Shown here one piece after another: positions 28,358 through 39,167 of a DNA stretch of 64,000 bases. The stretch lies in IMG/VR virus record IMGVR_UViG_3300028844_006632. One strand, written 5' to 3'. The notes under the pieces were generated by a model that did no database searches, was not told the origin of the DNA, and was given only the letters and a program-made list of their open reading frames with translations. Each line of letters opens with the position of its first letter. Position 1 is the stretch's first letter. The stretch is from an uncultured virus (IMG/VR IMGVR_UViG_3300028844_006632) (taxonomy: Duplodnaviria; Heunggongvirae; Uroviricota; Caudoviricetes). A program made the translations under genes and the position numbers.

Positions 28358-29028
28358 AAAGAATATCTATCTAAATATTTCGTGTGCAATTCTGTATATT
28401 CAGTTTTAAACCATTCTTCTAATTGTTGTTTCATTTCATCTGTTAGATCTTGTTGATGAAAAGTAAAATCTGCTTTTCCCTTAGTAAGTGAAGGTGCTCC
28501 ACGTGTTTGTGTTCCTACACTATCAACTCCACCCTTTTCATATAATTCAACAGAAATATCACGATGTTTTTTTACATCTATATCTGTCCAATCATTTTTA
28601 ACTCCAAGAAAATCTAAAAATTCTTTCATGTAAATTTCAGGACTTTTTACAAAGTCTTCATAATACATGATCATTTTATTTCCTTTAAATTTATCATACA
28701 TCTCAATATTATCTGTAAAGTCAGTCATACGACCAACTCTTTTTTCAAATGTTCTACCACGACAATGACGAACAAAACATTCACGATAATCACGAAGAAC
28801 TAAAACTAAATTTTCAATTGCACGACCATTCATATCCTCGTCAGTTAATTTATGTCGTTTATATAAAGTAGCATTTGTTTTTTCTGTGCGAATATCTCCC
28901 CAATGATTTTTTTCTACAAGAACATTACGTTCACTTGTATTTTCATTTGAAAAATATTCAAACCAATAACGAATCCAATTAGAACCCGTACGTGGCAACG
29001 ATAATAAGCAGTGCTTAAACTTCTTCAT
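28354..29028 (-). CDS. Sulfotransferase domain protein
   Basis: SLPRTGSNWIR, LRDYRE, YEDFVKSP. Confidence 0.8.
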   Translation of the reverse strand: MKKFKHCLLSLPRTGSNWIRYWFEYFSNENTSERNVLVEKNHWGDIRTEKTNATLYKRHKLTDEDMNGRAIENLVLVLRDYRECFVRHCRGRTFEKRVGRMTDFTDNIEMYDKFKGNKMIMYYEDFVKSPEIYMKEFLDFLGVKNDWTDIDVKKHRDISVELYEKGGVDSVGTQTRGAPSLTKGKADFTFHQQDLTDEMKQQLEEWFKTEYTELHTKYLDRYSL

Positions 29029-29866
29029 TTGGCATAGTCTCCTTTAAATCAGGTATTATAAATTTCTTTTTTCCATACCACGCACCGAGTCGTCCAAAAC
29101 TACTTCCGTGGCATCCGTAAACTCTCAAAGTTGAACCCAATAACAACATATCTGCAAGACCCTGTGATGTGGGTGAGTGTCGTTTTCTATCTCCACCTGG
29201 ATATCTTTCACCAAATTCACTTTCATCATATTCACAAGTTGTTGTAAACATATGATCAGGATATTTCATCATAAATTTTTCTTCTGTCCATTTATTATCA
29301 GTTGCTAAAAAGAATCTAGCATTTGGATTTTCATTTATTTCTTTTTGAATTTCACGATCAAACCACCAATCAGGAGTCTTTTCTTGTTCTTTTAAATCTG
29401 TTCTGCGAATGTGAAGTCCGATGCTATTCTCAAAGTCGTATTTATTAAGATATTTGTCGATTCTTTCCTGTATAAATGGAAGGGGTTTGATATGTCGTTT
29501 TTGATTATCTACAATTTTTTGGAATTCTTTTTGCGATAAATCGTAGTTTCCTTCGATATATCTAGAGTGAAAATTGTTATTTGGATAATTCTTTTTTATC
29601 CAAAGTGTATTCGAATCTGGTTGATATCGTCTTCCAGTTTCGTATTGCATATTCTCAGGTATTTCAAATATATCTTCAAATGGAGTTTGACCACACGCAT
29701 CGTCTAGTCTCCATTTCATAATATAAGGAACATTCAAATACTCTGCGAATGCCGACGTTGTTACCCATGCCCGTATTCTGTTTCCTAGACCACTCATAAA
29801 CGAATGATAGAATACCGACTCTACCTTTTTTGGTAGTACATTTTCTTGAACTATATCACCTGCCAT
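29015..29866 (-). CDS. Fucosyltransferase (GT23/O-FucT-like)
   Basis: GLGNRI, GLHIRRTD, FLATDN, DMLLL, GSSFG. Confidence 0.85.
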   Translation of the reverse strand: MAGDIVQENVLPKKVESVFYHSFMSGLGNRIRAWVTTSAFAEYLNVPYIMKWRLDDACGQTPFEDIFEIPENMQYETGRRYQPDSNTLWIKKNYPNNNFHSRYIEGNYDLSQKEFQKIVDNQKRHIKPLPFIQERIDKYLNKYDFENSIGLHIRRTDLKEQEKTPDWWFDREIQKEINENPNARFFLATDNKWTEEKFMMKYPDHMFTTTCEYDESEFGERYPGGDRKRHSPTSQGLADMLLLGSTLRVYGCHGSSFGRLGAWYGKKKFIIPDLKETMPNEEV

Positions 29867-29891
29867 TTTAAATTATTTGCTCAATAATAAG

Positions 29892-29899
29892 TATAAATA
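29892..29899 (-). promoter_or_regulatory. TATTTATA upstream motif
   Basis: Exact motif at head of glycosylation cluster. Confidence 0.55.
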
Positions 29900-29915
29900 A
29901 ACATAGTTTTTATAA

Positions 29916-31630
29916 TTAAAGATTTTCAATTCCAGCATAAGTTTCTTCAAACGAATAGCACTTCGCACCAATGTCCATATAAACTTCAAACGGAAGTTTA
30001 CAAGCAATGGGTGTACCTGGTTTACTGTTTGCATTAAACCAAAGTAATGCTTCGTAATCCGATTGTTTACCTTTAAAGTTAGGTTTTCCCATTCTCAACC
30101 ACTCTTTCATAATTAAATAGTCACGATAATCCACACGATAGATTCCTGTACTATGCAATGATTTCTCGGTTCTACCATCCCGAATATTACAATCCCTTAA
30201 AACCTCTCTGAATCCTGGTCCTCTGTATGGATTTTCTACCCAATTATTAGACAATATAAATCTCAATGAATTTACATCTGGAAACGATTCAACTCCCAAC
30301 AACCATGCCATATAATATTCAACATCTTTATTTTGTATTAAATCGTCTCCTGGAATATGAACATCTCCATAATAATAAGATGTATCACACGCAAACTTTG
30401 CAGTTAACATATTTGGTAACTTTGCAGTTTCAGGACAATCTCCTCTGTTACTATGATACTCACATATACTCGTGGGTCTTGACATTATATAACACTCAAG
30501 TATTTTTAAATCAATTTCATCTACCTCACCATCTTCATTAAAATCACTACTTACTTCATCAATGCCCGTTGATATTATCTGCACACCTGTATCAACTCCG
30601 ATTCCTAACGCAGAAATTAGTCCTTCTGTATCTTCACCTTCCTCACCACGTTCATGTATAATAAGACGATTGTCCGCAAGAATATTTATATCTCCATCTT
30701 GTATAGACTGATATGGCAATCGTCTTGTATCTGGTGTTGCACTCTTACTTTTTGCAAATTTAACTACATCCGTAGGTTTTCCCTGTTGTACCCAATTCCA
30801 CGAAATATTATAGTCAGAGAAACTTATTTCTCCATCCATATCAAAATCAAAAAAGAATTTGTTATTTAGCAGTTTTTGACTTACTTTGTTTTTCGTAACA
30901 TCTTCAATTTTTATTGATCCATTCTTGGTAATAAAATTTCTTAGATCAGTTAACTCATCATCTGACGTTTCTGTGGTGTTTGTATATTGACCCTTTATTT
31001 GCTGATCTGACTTTCCAAAGTAGTTATCAACCCAAGGTTCATTTGAAATTATCACACTTGGTTGCTTGGGTTGTTCACTTATAGTTTTGCGTTTTGTTTT
31101 GAGTTTAGTTTTTATTTTTTTATTAGCATATAAACTTCTAACAGATTTACTTTTATCTATATCTGATTCATTCGTTAATGAAAATTTATTATCTTCTAAA
31201 ATATGAGAATCATTGCTTTGGATTGCTTGATACGGAATTCGTCTTATATCAGAAGTTACACCTAGATTCTTTGCAAATTCATCGATACTTGTGGGTTTTC
31301 CTTGTTGTACCCACTGCCATGCGATGTTGTAGTCAGAGAAACTTATTTCTCCATCCATATCAAAATCAAAAAAGAATTTGTTATTTAGCAGTTTTTGACT
31401 TACTTTGTTTTTCGTAACATCTTCAATTTTTATTGATCCATTCTTGGTAATAAAATTTCTTAGATCAGTTAACCTGTGGTGTTTGTATATTGACCCTTTA
31501 TTTGCTGATCTGACTTTCCAAAGTAGTTATCAACCCAAGGTTCATTTGAAATTATCACACTTGGTTGCTTGATTTCATTTGATAGTTTGGTATCATTGAT
31601 TGACCTTGATATTCTTCGTTTGGTACTCAT
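29916..31630 (-). CDS. Multi-dockerin/EF-hand-like repeat protein, frameshifted near its 5' end
   Basis: Canonical Ca-loops DFDMDGEISFSDY (x2) and DFNEDGEVDEIDLKIL; probable start 31630 (MSTKRR...) hits TAA at 31469-31471 because of a 16-nt deletion; main frame 29916-31472. Confidence 0.7.
30811..31068. repeat. Direct repeat copy 1 (258 nt)
   Basis: Identical to 31330-31571 except for extra 16 nt at 30955-30970 (tcatcatctgacgttt). Confidence 0.95.
31330..31571. repeat. Direct repeat copy 2 (242 nt, 16-nt deletion)
   Basis: See copy 1; deletion junction at 31473/31474. Confidence 0.95.
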
Positions 31631-31644
31631 TTACCAAATACCAA

Positions 31645-34600
31645 TTATATCATACTCGTGAATTCAGATATATCTTCGTGGTATAATTCAATGAAAGATA
31701 AATCATCGTCAAGTCTACCATCGGGAGTTACATCAGGTAAGTGAGTTAACCATAAGGAATCTTTTTGTGGGTCTGTGCCACTTGTTGTATAGTATGAAAG
31801 TTTCGTTTCGTATGTAAATTTTACATAGTTTTCATCGGATACTGAAAAATGACTTTTTACTGCAAATTGTGGTTTAAAATCAAGTCTGCCTTTTATTAAA
31901 GCATAAACTCCTGCTTCGTCTTGTGATACTTTAAGTATTTCGTAACGGTGGCCACCTCCACTTGCGAAATCAAATATTAGTTCATTTCCTACTGATAGTC
32001 CTTGTACATTTGTATAAATTCTAGTCGCAAAAGATGTTTCAAAAGAACCATTCAGATTCTGCATATCTTTTATTTCCATATTAATTGGTACAGAATAATC
32101 AAGTGCAAATGAATTTTCGGATGTATCTTTAACACGATATGTTCCGTTTATGGCCGCATTTCGTGTTGCTCCTGTGATTGTTATATAATCACCTATATTA
32201 AGATGTGGATTTAAATCCGCAACAATATTCAATGTTCCGTTTGCAGTCATCCAAGTTGTTAATATTGTTGCAGTTGTTGCATCTGGTGAAAAACCTGTTA
32301 CTTCACGAACTTTTTCATTAGAATTATACCCAACACTCACCCCACGATACATTAATTTGTTTGCCGAATCCCGTGCAGTTGTAAAATAACCAGGACTTGA
32401 GTATGATACATTTCCTGATTTTATCGTTTTATTAACATACACACGATACTGATTATTGTTGATTTTCTCAATTGGACAATTTTTATTGCTTATGCTTTTT
32501 GATAGCATTACCCGTGAACTACCTGCTTCTATTAATTTAATAGGAACAATTTCTTGTTCATTTATTTCTTGAAATTGATTATTTTCTGAATATCCTTCGT
32601 TTCGTTTTACAATATCACAACAATCTTCTTGTTCATCAAAGTCTCCGTAAACTCTATATGAATCTACTTCGTCAAATATTCCGAGCAAATTATATGCAGT
32701 TGGAATAATTGTATAACAAAATGATTTTTGAAGAGCATAAATTCTAAGTGTTCTGTGGTTCAAAAATTTAAGTCGTTCAAAGTCAAAAGAAACTTCACCA
32801 AAAACTGACTTCATTAAAATATCATCTAATTTTCTTACCGTATATTGACCAAGTTGTGGATTGGTGCAATTCTCAGACTTCATAAGAATTTGCTCAGGCA
32901 TTACAATAGGATTTTTTTGTATTTGTTTTATTTCTGCGATTTCTTTGTTGTAACTTTGATGAAACGCATAAACTGAAAATGATTCTTTTTCAATGACTTG
33001 TTCTTTGATTAAAAATAAATTTGAATATAAGTCATGTAGTTTTTCTTGATGTGTTCTGTGTCTTGGTGCAAGAACCTTTACATATAACAAAGAGAATAAA
33101 TCAGAGAAGTCTACATCTAGTTCACTACTCTCCATGAGTTCACGAACATAATAATCGTTGATGTATTTAAGATTGTTACTATTGCTTTGAATTTGGTCAA
33201 CAATTACTTCACAAAACTTTTCACTTTTTTCATGCTTGAAAGCAAACTCACCGAGTAAATTAAAAAATAATATTCGTGTAAGTTCTTCAAATGAAATTTC
33301 ATCTGTCCACATATAAGTGGTCATATAATCTCTTGATATTAAATCTATATCTTTTCGTATTCCAAGAAAACGATTTATTTGCTCACGACAAGTAACATAG
33401 TTTTTGTTTTGTTTTAATAGTTCAAAGAATAAGGTTGATATAATATTTGCATCAAAGTATCCAGGAATATTTCTGTATACACATTTTACATTACTTTCAA
33501 GTGCAGGTTCAAGACCACTTACTGATTCTATAACTAAATCGTTTGCATCAATATACGAATCAAGTCCTACATGAAATACACCATTTTTATATGTAGCAAC
33601 TTTCTTTAGTTCTTCGTCTTTGTGTTTTAATGATACCTTCGCACCAAAAACAAAATTGTATCCTGTAATCACACCCGATATATAGTTGGCATTTTTGACG
33701 GAAATATTACCTTTTGGTGCAGAGGGAATATTCACAAGTTCATAATATAAATAATCAGGTGTTTTATCGTTTGGTAATACAATAAGTGGATATACCCAAT
33801 CTTCTGTATTATAGAATCCATCATCCGATCCGAGTTCATTTCCCTCGGCATCGTACATTTTAAAAATTACCGCAGTTTCATCAAAGTTAAATTTATATTT
33901 GTTGTTGCGAAGTAAAATTAAATCTCTCCAAGCATATTCAATTTTGCTTTCTTTTGATTTAATAATAAGTTCACCATCAATCATAGTTACATCATATTCG
34001 CATTCAATTCCAGTTGTTTTTGGAAGTTCATCTTCAAACTCTACAACTCTTCTGAATTTTTCTTTTTCTTCTATATGCTCAAAGAAATCTAAATGAATAC
34101 GAGGATCTTGTTCAATTTCAAACTCTACACTTGTTTTATCTTCACATGGACATACAACATCACATCCACGCATAAAATCTTTTGGTTCAAGTTTTTGATA
34201 TTCAAAATGAACATCTACATCACGGTCAGGCATTTTACCTGTAAACTCAGTTATCCATTCGGTGTGACCATGAAGTCTAAGAAACTTATATTCTTGATTT
34301 GGTCCTGGTAAAAACTCAATTGTTGCACCAGGAAGCACTTGAAACGCATGAAATTCATCGACAAAGTGTTCTTTTCCATTGATACGAACAGAACTTGCAA
34401 GGTCTTTTATGTTTGTGTAAACTCTAAGTTCTTTTTGAGGTATTGGTGTAAATGTTGGTGTAGGAGTTTGTGAAACCGTAGGTGTAGGTGTAATTGTAAC
34501 CGTAGGTGTAGGTGTTTCTGGTAATATACTATCATTGATATTATCAGGTTCAAAGTTACAATGATATTTTACAAAATTCTTTACGATTTTAAGTGAGTCG

Positions 34601-35322
34601 ATTTCACCAAGAAGATACGAGTATTCTTGATTAGTTCCTTTACCTCTACCGATTTCTATGCTTGTTGGTTTTTGGTAATTTATATCACTCTCAAGAGCAT
34701 CCTGAGTTTGCCGTCCGTTTACATAGAAACTAAGTTTGCTTCCTTTTCTTACAATCGCAAGGTGAGTCCAACGACCTCGTGGAATCACTACCTCTGATTT
34801 GTATATTGTATCGAGTGTATCTGCTTCAATGAAAACTACTTCATTGGTATTAGAATCATAGTAAATAGAAAAAGCATTTTTAAATGTTGCAATTGGAAAT
34901 AATCCTTCGTCAAGATTATCTGTTGTTCCTCCTTTTGAACAATCTCCAATTGGATTTAATATATTATCAAATCCTGTGCTTTTTGTTAATTTACCACGAT
35001 ATGCTTGTCCTGTTGGTGAAACATATACAACTTCTTCGTTTGAAAATTTTCCGACTGCTTTTATTTTACCGTATATAGTACGATTATTGATTCTAATTGT
35101 TACACCAAACGGATTGCTTATACCATCTAAAATTAAATCGTGAAAGCATAACCTACCACCAGGTTCAAAGAACTGAACACTTATACCATTTTTTGCACCA
35201 CGATCAATAGCATCTCCGTATGTTTCGATACTATTACTGAATCCATCACAACATAAGAATTTATCTTGTATATTTGATGGAATTTCTATTTCGTTGGATT
35301 GAATCGGATTATCGTTACTCAT
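31645..35322 (-). CDS. Large modular putative structural protein (CC module, LamG-like, Pro/Thr linker)
   Basis: LamG motifs WTHLAIVRKG...FYVNG...GEIDSLKI; TPTPTVTITPTPT linker; no signal peptide. Confidence 0.8.
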   Translation of the reverse strand: MSNDNPIQSNEIEIPSNIQDKFLCCDGFSNSIETYGDAIDRGAKNGISVQFFEPGGRLCFHDLILDGISNPFGVTIRINNRTIYGKIKAVGKFSNEEVVYVSPTGQAYRGKLTKSTGFDNILNPIGDCSKGGTTDNLDEGLFPIATFKNAFSIYYDSNTNEVVFIEADTLDTIYKSEVVIPRGRWTHLAIVRKGSKLSFYVNGRQTQDALESDINYQKPTSIEIGRGKGTNQEYSYLLGEIDSLKIVKNFVKYHCNFEPDNINDSILPETPTPTVTITPTPTVSQTPTPTFTPIPQKELRVYTNIKDLASSVRINGKEHFVDEFHAFQVLPGATIEFLPGPNQEYKFLRLHGHTEWITEFTGKMPDRDVDVHFEYQKLEPKDFMRGCDVVCPCEDKTSVEFEIEQDPRIHLDFFEHIEEKEKFRRVVEFEDELPKTTGIECEYDVTMIDGELIIKSKESKIEYAWRDLILLRNNKYKFNFDETAVIFKMYDAEGNELGSDDGFYNTEDWVYPLIVLPNDKTPDYLYYELVNIPSAPKGNISVKNANYISGVITGYNFVFGAKVSLKHKDEELKKVATYKNGVFHVGLDSYIDANDLVIESVSGLEPALESNVKCVYRNIPGYFDANIISTLFFELLKQNKNYVTCREQINRFLGIRKDIDLISRDYMTTYMWTDEISFEELTRILFFNLLGEFAFKHEKSEKFCEVIVDQIQSNSNNLKYINDYYVRELMESSELDVDFSDLFSLLYVKVLAPRHRTHQEKLHDLYSNLFLIKEQVIEKESFSVYAFHQSYNKEIAEIKQIQKNPIVMPEQILMKSENCTNPQLGQYTVRKLDDILMKSVFGEVSFDFERLKFLNHRTLRIYALQKSFCYTIIPTAYNLLGIFDEVDSYRVYGDFDEQEDCCDIVKRNEGYSENNQFQEINEQEIVPIKLIEAGSSRVMLSKSISNKNCPIEKINNNQYRVYVNKTIKSGNVSYSSPGYFTTARDSANKLMYRGVSVGYNSNEKVREVTGFSPDATTATILTTWMTANGTLNIVADLNPHLNIGDYITITGATRNAAINGTYRVKDTSENSFALDYSVPINMEIKDMQNLNGSFETSFATRIYTNVQGLSVGNELIFDFASGGGHRYEILKVSQDEAGVYALIKGRLDFKPQFAVKSHFSVSDENYVKFTYETKLSYYTTSGTDPQKDSLWLTHLPDVTPDGRLDDDLSFIELYHEDISEFTSMI

Positions 35323-35343
35323 AACATCATATTATGTATAATG

Positions 35344-35351
35344 TATAAATA
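35344..35351 (-). promoter_or_regulatory. TATTTATA upstream motif
   Basis: Exact motif in intergenic gap. Confidence 0.55.
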
Positions 35352-35376
35352 TATAACTTTTTTTATTTACCGAAAA

Positions 35377-38300
35377 TTATATTACATTATCATTTTCACT
35401 GTGAAAATCAATAAACTTTATTCCTGATTGTGAATATATAACTCTTTTTACATTAGTGTATGATTTGCCATCGTTAGTAGAATTAAAATTATTTGAAATA
35501 TGTAAACTATTAATTCTAATGCCTGATGTGCTCTGTAAATTTGCGTTTTCAAGATAATTTAATTTTTGCTTATCACCTGACGTGGTAAATATACCAATTT
35601 CATACTTATTTTCAGTATCTTTTGTTAAAATACATACATTTGTTCTGTCTTCACTTATGTTTATGTCTTCGATATTTTTGTCTGTATAAGTAAAAGACCA
35701 AAGTTCTGTATGTGAATCTGTGCTACCATCTACTTGATATATTTTCATAATCTTTGATTTATATTCTTTATCTTGAACTACAACCAAGATTATACTTTCG
35801 GATAATGCAAACACATGATTAGAATCGTATTTTCCATACAAATCTGTATCTATTTGGGTTATTCCCACTACTTGATAGGTTTGTGTGTTGGGAATATATT
35901 TTGCACTTATTAAACTTTTTGCGTCATATGAAATTGCATTTATGTGTATAGTATTATCTTTGGTAAAACTGCTATATTTTTGTAAAAAGTTTGGAAACGC
36001 ATTTTGACTTGCATTCTCAGGACTGTATATAACATTTTTCTTTTTTACCCATTTACCACCCACTAGATGATAAAAACACAAACCATACGCATTATTAAAT
36101 GGATTCTGTGCATACGAAGAACTATGATTCCTTATTCTCACATGACCTGGATTACCATTTGCGTTTTTATAACTCCCATTACATTCTCTCCATTGAAAAC
36201 CACTTGCTTTGTAAAATACATCTGTGTTTTTATATTCATTTGTTAATGAACTTGGAATATAAGGATATTTCTTAGTTCCACTTTTGGAGGCAGGTGCATG
36301 ATATTTTTGATTGTCTGTATTTACAAATTCCGTGCAAATTAGTACATTATGTTCCGAGGAAAATGTACTAGATTCTTTCCAAGTCTTTGTTGGAAATGAT
36401 GTTTTCCAATTAGTCTCTTTAGAAAGTGTATCTCCGTTACTTTTTAATATTCTATATCCAGAATAATTTACATTTGCTTGAAAGTAATATAGATCAAACA
36501 ATGAATATTCTACCGTTCTACCAAATTGGGTATATCTTAAAGTTTTTGTGTTAGAACATTTTGTTCCTGTACCGTATTGTCCTTCACCAGGCCAACGAGC
36601 AATTGTACAATAGTAGGAGGGTCCTATTGAATTATCTGAGGCTTGTTCTACATATACCAATGTATCTTTAATAAACATTGGAAAGTAACTTGTACGTAAT
36701 CTCTTACTCTTTGCCTTTCCATAATCAGTTGTGTTATATACATTTTGTTCTGTGGTTGATGTATCAAGTGGAACTTCTTGTTTATGTTCAAAACTTGATG
36801 TAGCAGAATTCCATGTGTAATAATTTCCATTGATACCAATTCCGTGTGTAATTATTTCGTTAAAGTTACTTGATACCTCGATACTATTCCTATCGTTTGC
36901 TATTTCATATTCTGTGTTTATTATTGGACCATCGGCATTTTTAATAACATCAAATTGACCATACTCACTTTTGTTTCCTGCTTTGTCAATTGAGCAGACA
37001 TAAATTTTATATGTTATTCCTACTTCTATATTTGCACTCGGTGTAAATGATTTTTCGGTTGTTACGGTTTCTGTTAAATCTTCAAAATTTGTTACTGCCT
37101 TGCCAAATCTTACTCCAAATTTATATGTTTCTCCTGTGTTTCCCACAAAATCTGACCATGTAAAGGTTGGGGTTAAAGTATCCGTTGGACTTGTGGTTGT
37201 TGGATTTGGAGTTTCATCGTAGGTTGTATCAATTGTAAATGTGTAAGAATATTCCTCACTTATATTTCCTGATTCATCGGTAGCAGTTACAGTTATTGTA
37301 TATGTTCCGTCAGGTAAATCACTTGATACTATGTAATATTTATCGTTTACATTCTTTGGATATCCCTCTAAAGATTGATCATTTTGTGTTAAATTTACTG
37401 TATAATATTCTATTTCTTCAGTATAATCAGTCCATGTAAATTTTGGTTGAGTATCTTGTGTATTTGGAGCAGTTCCTGTGGTAAATTCCGGTTTAATTTC
37501 TACTTTACTTGGAGGAGTAACATCTATTGTTATAGATTTTATTGTAGAACTACTTTTATTTCCCGCATTATCTTCTGCGTTTACAAATAATTTATAGGTT
37601 GTATCTGAGATAACCGTTGCAATTGACGTGAACGAGTTATTTTCCCGTGAACTATATGTTCCATCGTCTCCTAATTTTACATTATACTTGTCACCTGTAC
37701 CTGACCAACTCCATGTAATTTTGTATTTGCCATTGGTAGTTTTTTCAGATTCTACACTCACACTATCAATTGTAGGTAATGTAGTATCAATAGTAAATGT
37801 TGATGTCAAACTTTGATCTGAAATATTTCCACGAGAATCAACTGATTCAACCGTAAGTGTATAATCTCCATCAGCAAGATTATTCGGTAATGTATATTCT
37901 GTTAATTCTGAATTTTTACTATGCGTAATCTTGGTTTCATCGTTCTTTTTCGTAAGATAGAAATTAAACTTAACGTCATCTTCACCGTGCTTCCATCCCC
38001 ATCGTGAAGTAGAGTATGTTTCTTTATTTACATATAATCCAGGTGTATCAATCCACTCTGCTCCATATAAATTTGGCAATTCGTAGGGACTCATATTAAA
38101 ACGATATGTTTTATCTTCAAAGTCACAATGATAAAAAGGATTTCCTTGCTTTACCTCAATGTCCTGGATATAGTATTCTGATTTTTTATCGTAAATTTCT
38201 TTATATTGCAAATACACCGATGTTGCATCTACCGATGGTTCATATTCTGTTATATCTAATGCAATACAATTTAAGGTTGTAACTGCATTTCCTTCTGTGC

Positions 38301-39123
38301 TTATAGTAAACAAACCATCATTTTGCTCTTTTGCAGTTGCAAGTATTAAATATTTTCTTAAATTATAGTCTACACGAACACACAAAAATTCGGGAATTTT
38401 ATTTTTAATATATAATCCTGATTTATTTTCTTCATCGTTTATTGATGGTAAATTTAATTTTTTTGGTGGTTTGTTTGTCCAATCTCTTAAATTAATTACA
38501 GAGTTTACTTCACTTACATTATCTGCTAATACTCTAAATATACCATCTGACATATATGTAGCATTTATCTGAGTGGTTTCGTCTTGGTCTATTGGTGCAA
38601 AGTCTAGTGTTTCTACTGGTCCTTTTGGTCCTCCAACACACTCAGTTGTTGGTAAGTGTTTAATATCTGTGGTTGTTTGTGAAATCTTTTTTAATTCTTG
38701 TTGACCAAGTAACCACGATTTAAAACTCTCAAATTCTCCCAATTCTTCATTTAAATCGGGTCTCTCCATATCAACCCAAGATTGATACGCAGTATAATAT
38801 ATTATATCATCTATTTTTAACTTACCTTCACTTTCTGTGAAAGATGCACAATTTAATCCTGGTGTAAAATCTTCAAATGCAGGTAAACGAATAATCTCGG
38901 TTGTTAGTTGTGTAAATTTCTTTGCATTTACTTGAGATTGATAATACTCTTTAAATTTAAGTAATCTTGCTTCACCCTCTAGTGCTTTAATTTCATCGTA
39001 CTCATCTGTGGTATCTAACCAATATTGAAATCCTGTGTAAACCGACAAATCATCAATAGTAATTTTTGCTTCAGAGACTTCGTCTGTAAATGTATATTTA
39101 TCTGAACAACAATCTTCCATCAT
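35377..39123 (-). CDS. Large modular protein: paired dockerin-like repeats, four Ig-like (Big) repeats, probable beta-propeller
   Basis: Ig repeats LADGDYTLTVESVDSRGNIS, AEDNAGNKS, DGTYTITVTATDESGNIS, IDKAGNKS; N-terminal ITIDD...FQYW / LKIDD...YQSW pair. Confidence 0.8.
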   Translation of the reverse strand: MMEDCCSDKYTFTDEVSEAKITIDDLSVYTGFQYWLDTTDEYDEIKALEGEARLLKFKEYYQSQVNAKKFTQLTTEIIRLPAFEDFTPGLNCASFTESEGKLKIDDIIYYTAYQSWVDMERPDLNEELGEFESFKSWLLGQQELKKISQTTTDIKHLPTTECVGGPKGPVETLDFAPIDQDETTQINATYMSDGIFRVLADNVSEVNSVINLRDWTNKPPKKLNLPSINDEENKSGLYIKNKIPEFLCVRVDYNLRKYLILATAKEQNDGLFTISTEGNAVTTLNCIALDITEYEPSVDATSVYLQYKEIYDKKSEYYIQDIEVKQGNPFYHCDFEDKTYRFNMSPYELPNLYGAEWIDTPGLYVNKETYSTSRWGWKHGEDDVKFNFYLTKKNDETKITHSKNSELTEYTLPNNLADGDYTLTVESVDSRGNISDQSLTSTFTIDTTLPTIDSVSVESEKTTNGKYKITWSWSGTGDKYNVKLGDDGTYSSRENNSFTSIATVISDTTYKLFVNAEDNAGNKSSSTIKSITIDVTPPSKVEIKPEFTTGTAPNTQDTQPKFTWTDYTEEIEYYTVNLTQNDQSLEGYPKNVNDKYYIVSSDLPDGTYTITVTATDESGNISEEYSYTFTIDTTYDETPNPTTTSPTDTLTPTFTWSDFVGNTGETYKFGVRFGKAVTNFEDLTETVTTEKSFTPSANIEVGITYKIYVCSIDKAGNKSEYGQFDVIKNADGPIINTEYEIANDRNSIEVSSNFNEIITHGIGINGNYYTWNSATSSFEHKQEVPLDTSTTEQNVYNTTDYGKAKSKRLRTSYFPMFIKDTLVYVEQASDNSIGPSYYCTIARWPGEGQYGTGTKCSNTKTLRYTQFGRTVEYSLFDLYYFQANVNYSGYRILKSNGDTLSKETNWKTSFPTKTWKESSTFSSEHNVLICTEFVNTDNQKYHAPASKSGTKKYPYIPSSLTNEYKNTDVFYKASGFQWRECNGSYKNANGNPGHVRIRNHSSSYAQNPFNNAYGLCFYHLVGGKWVKKKNVIYSPENASQNAFPNFLQKYSSFTKDNTIHINAISYDAKSLISAKYIPNTQTYQVVGITQIDTDLYGKYDSNHVFALSESIILVVVQDKEYKSKIMKIYQVDGSTDSHTELWSFTYTDKNIEDINISEDRTNVCILTKDTENKYEIGIFTTSGDKQKLNYLENANLQSTSGIRINSLHISNNFNSTNDGKSYTNVKRVIYSQSGIKFIDFHSENDNVI

Positions 39124-39127
39124 CTAT

Positions 39128-39135
39128 TATAAATA
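39128..39135 (-). promoter_or_regulatory. TATTTATA upstream motif
   Basis: Exact motif 4 nt upstream of ATG 39123. Confidence 0.55.
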
Positions 39136-39167
39136 TGAATGGAGTTGTTTATTTTCTTATAAAAAAA

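Noticed and set aside
1..29866. Ordinary bacterial O-antigen/capsule locus
   Set aside because: No Wzx/Wzy/Wzz, ABC exporter or initiating transferase seen, many eukaryote-like GT families, and the flank is non-secreted structural-type genes; not fully excluded without the rest of the contig
30742..31571. Diversity-generating retroelement template/variable repeat pair
   Set aside because: Core copies are identical apart from an indel, flanking differences are not adenine-specific, and no reverse transcriptase is in the window
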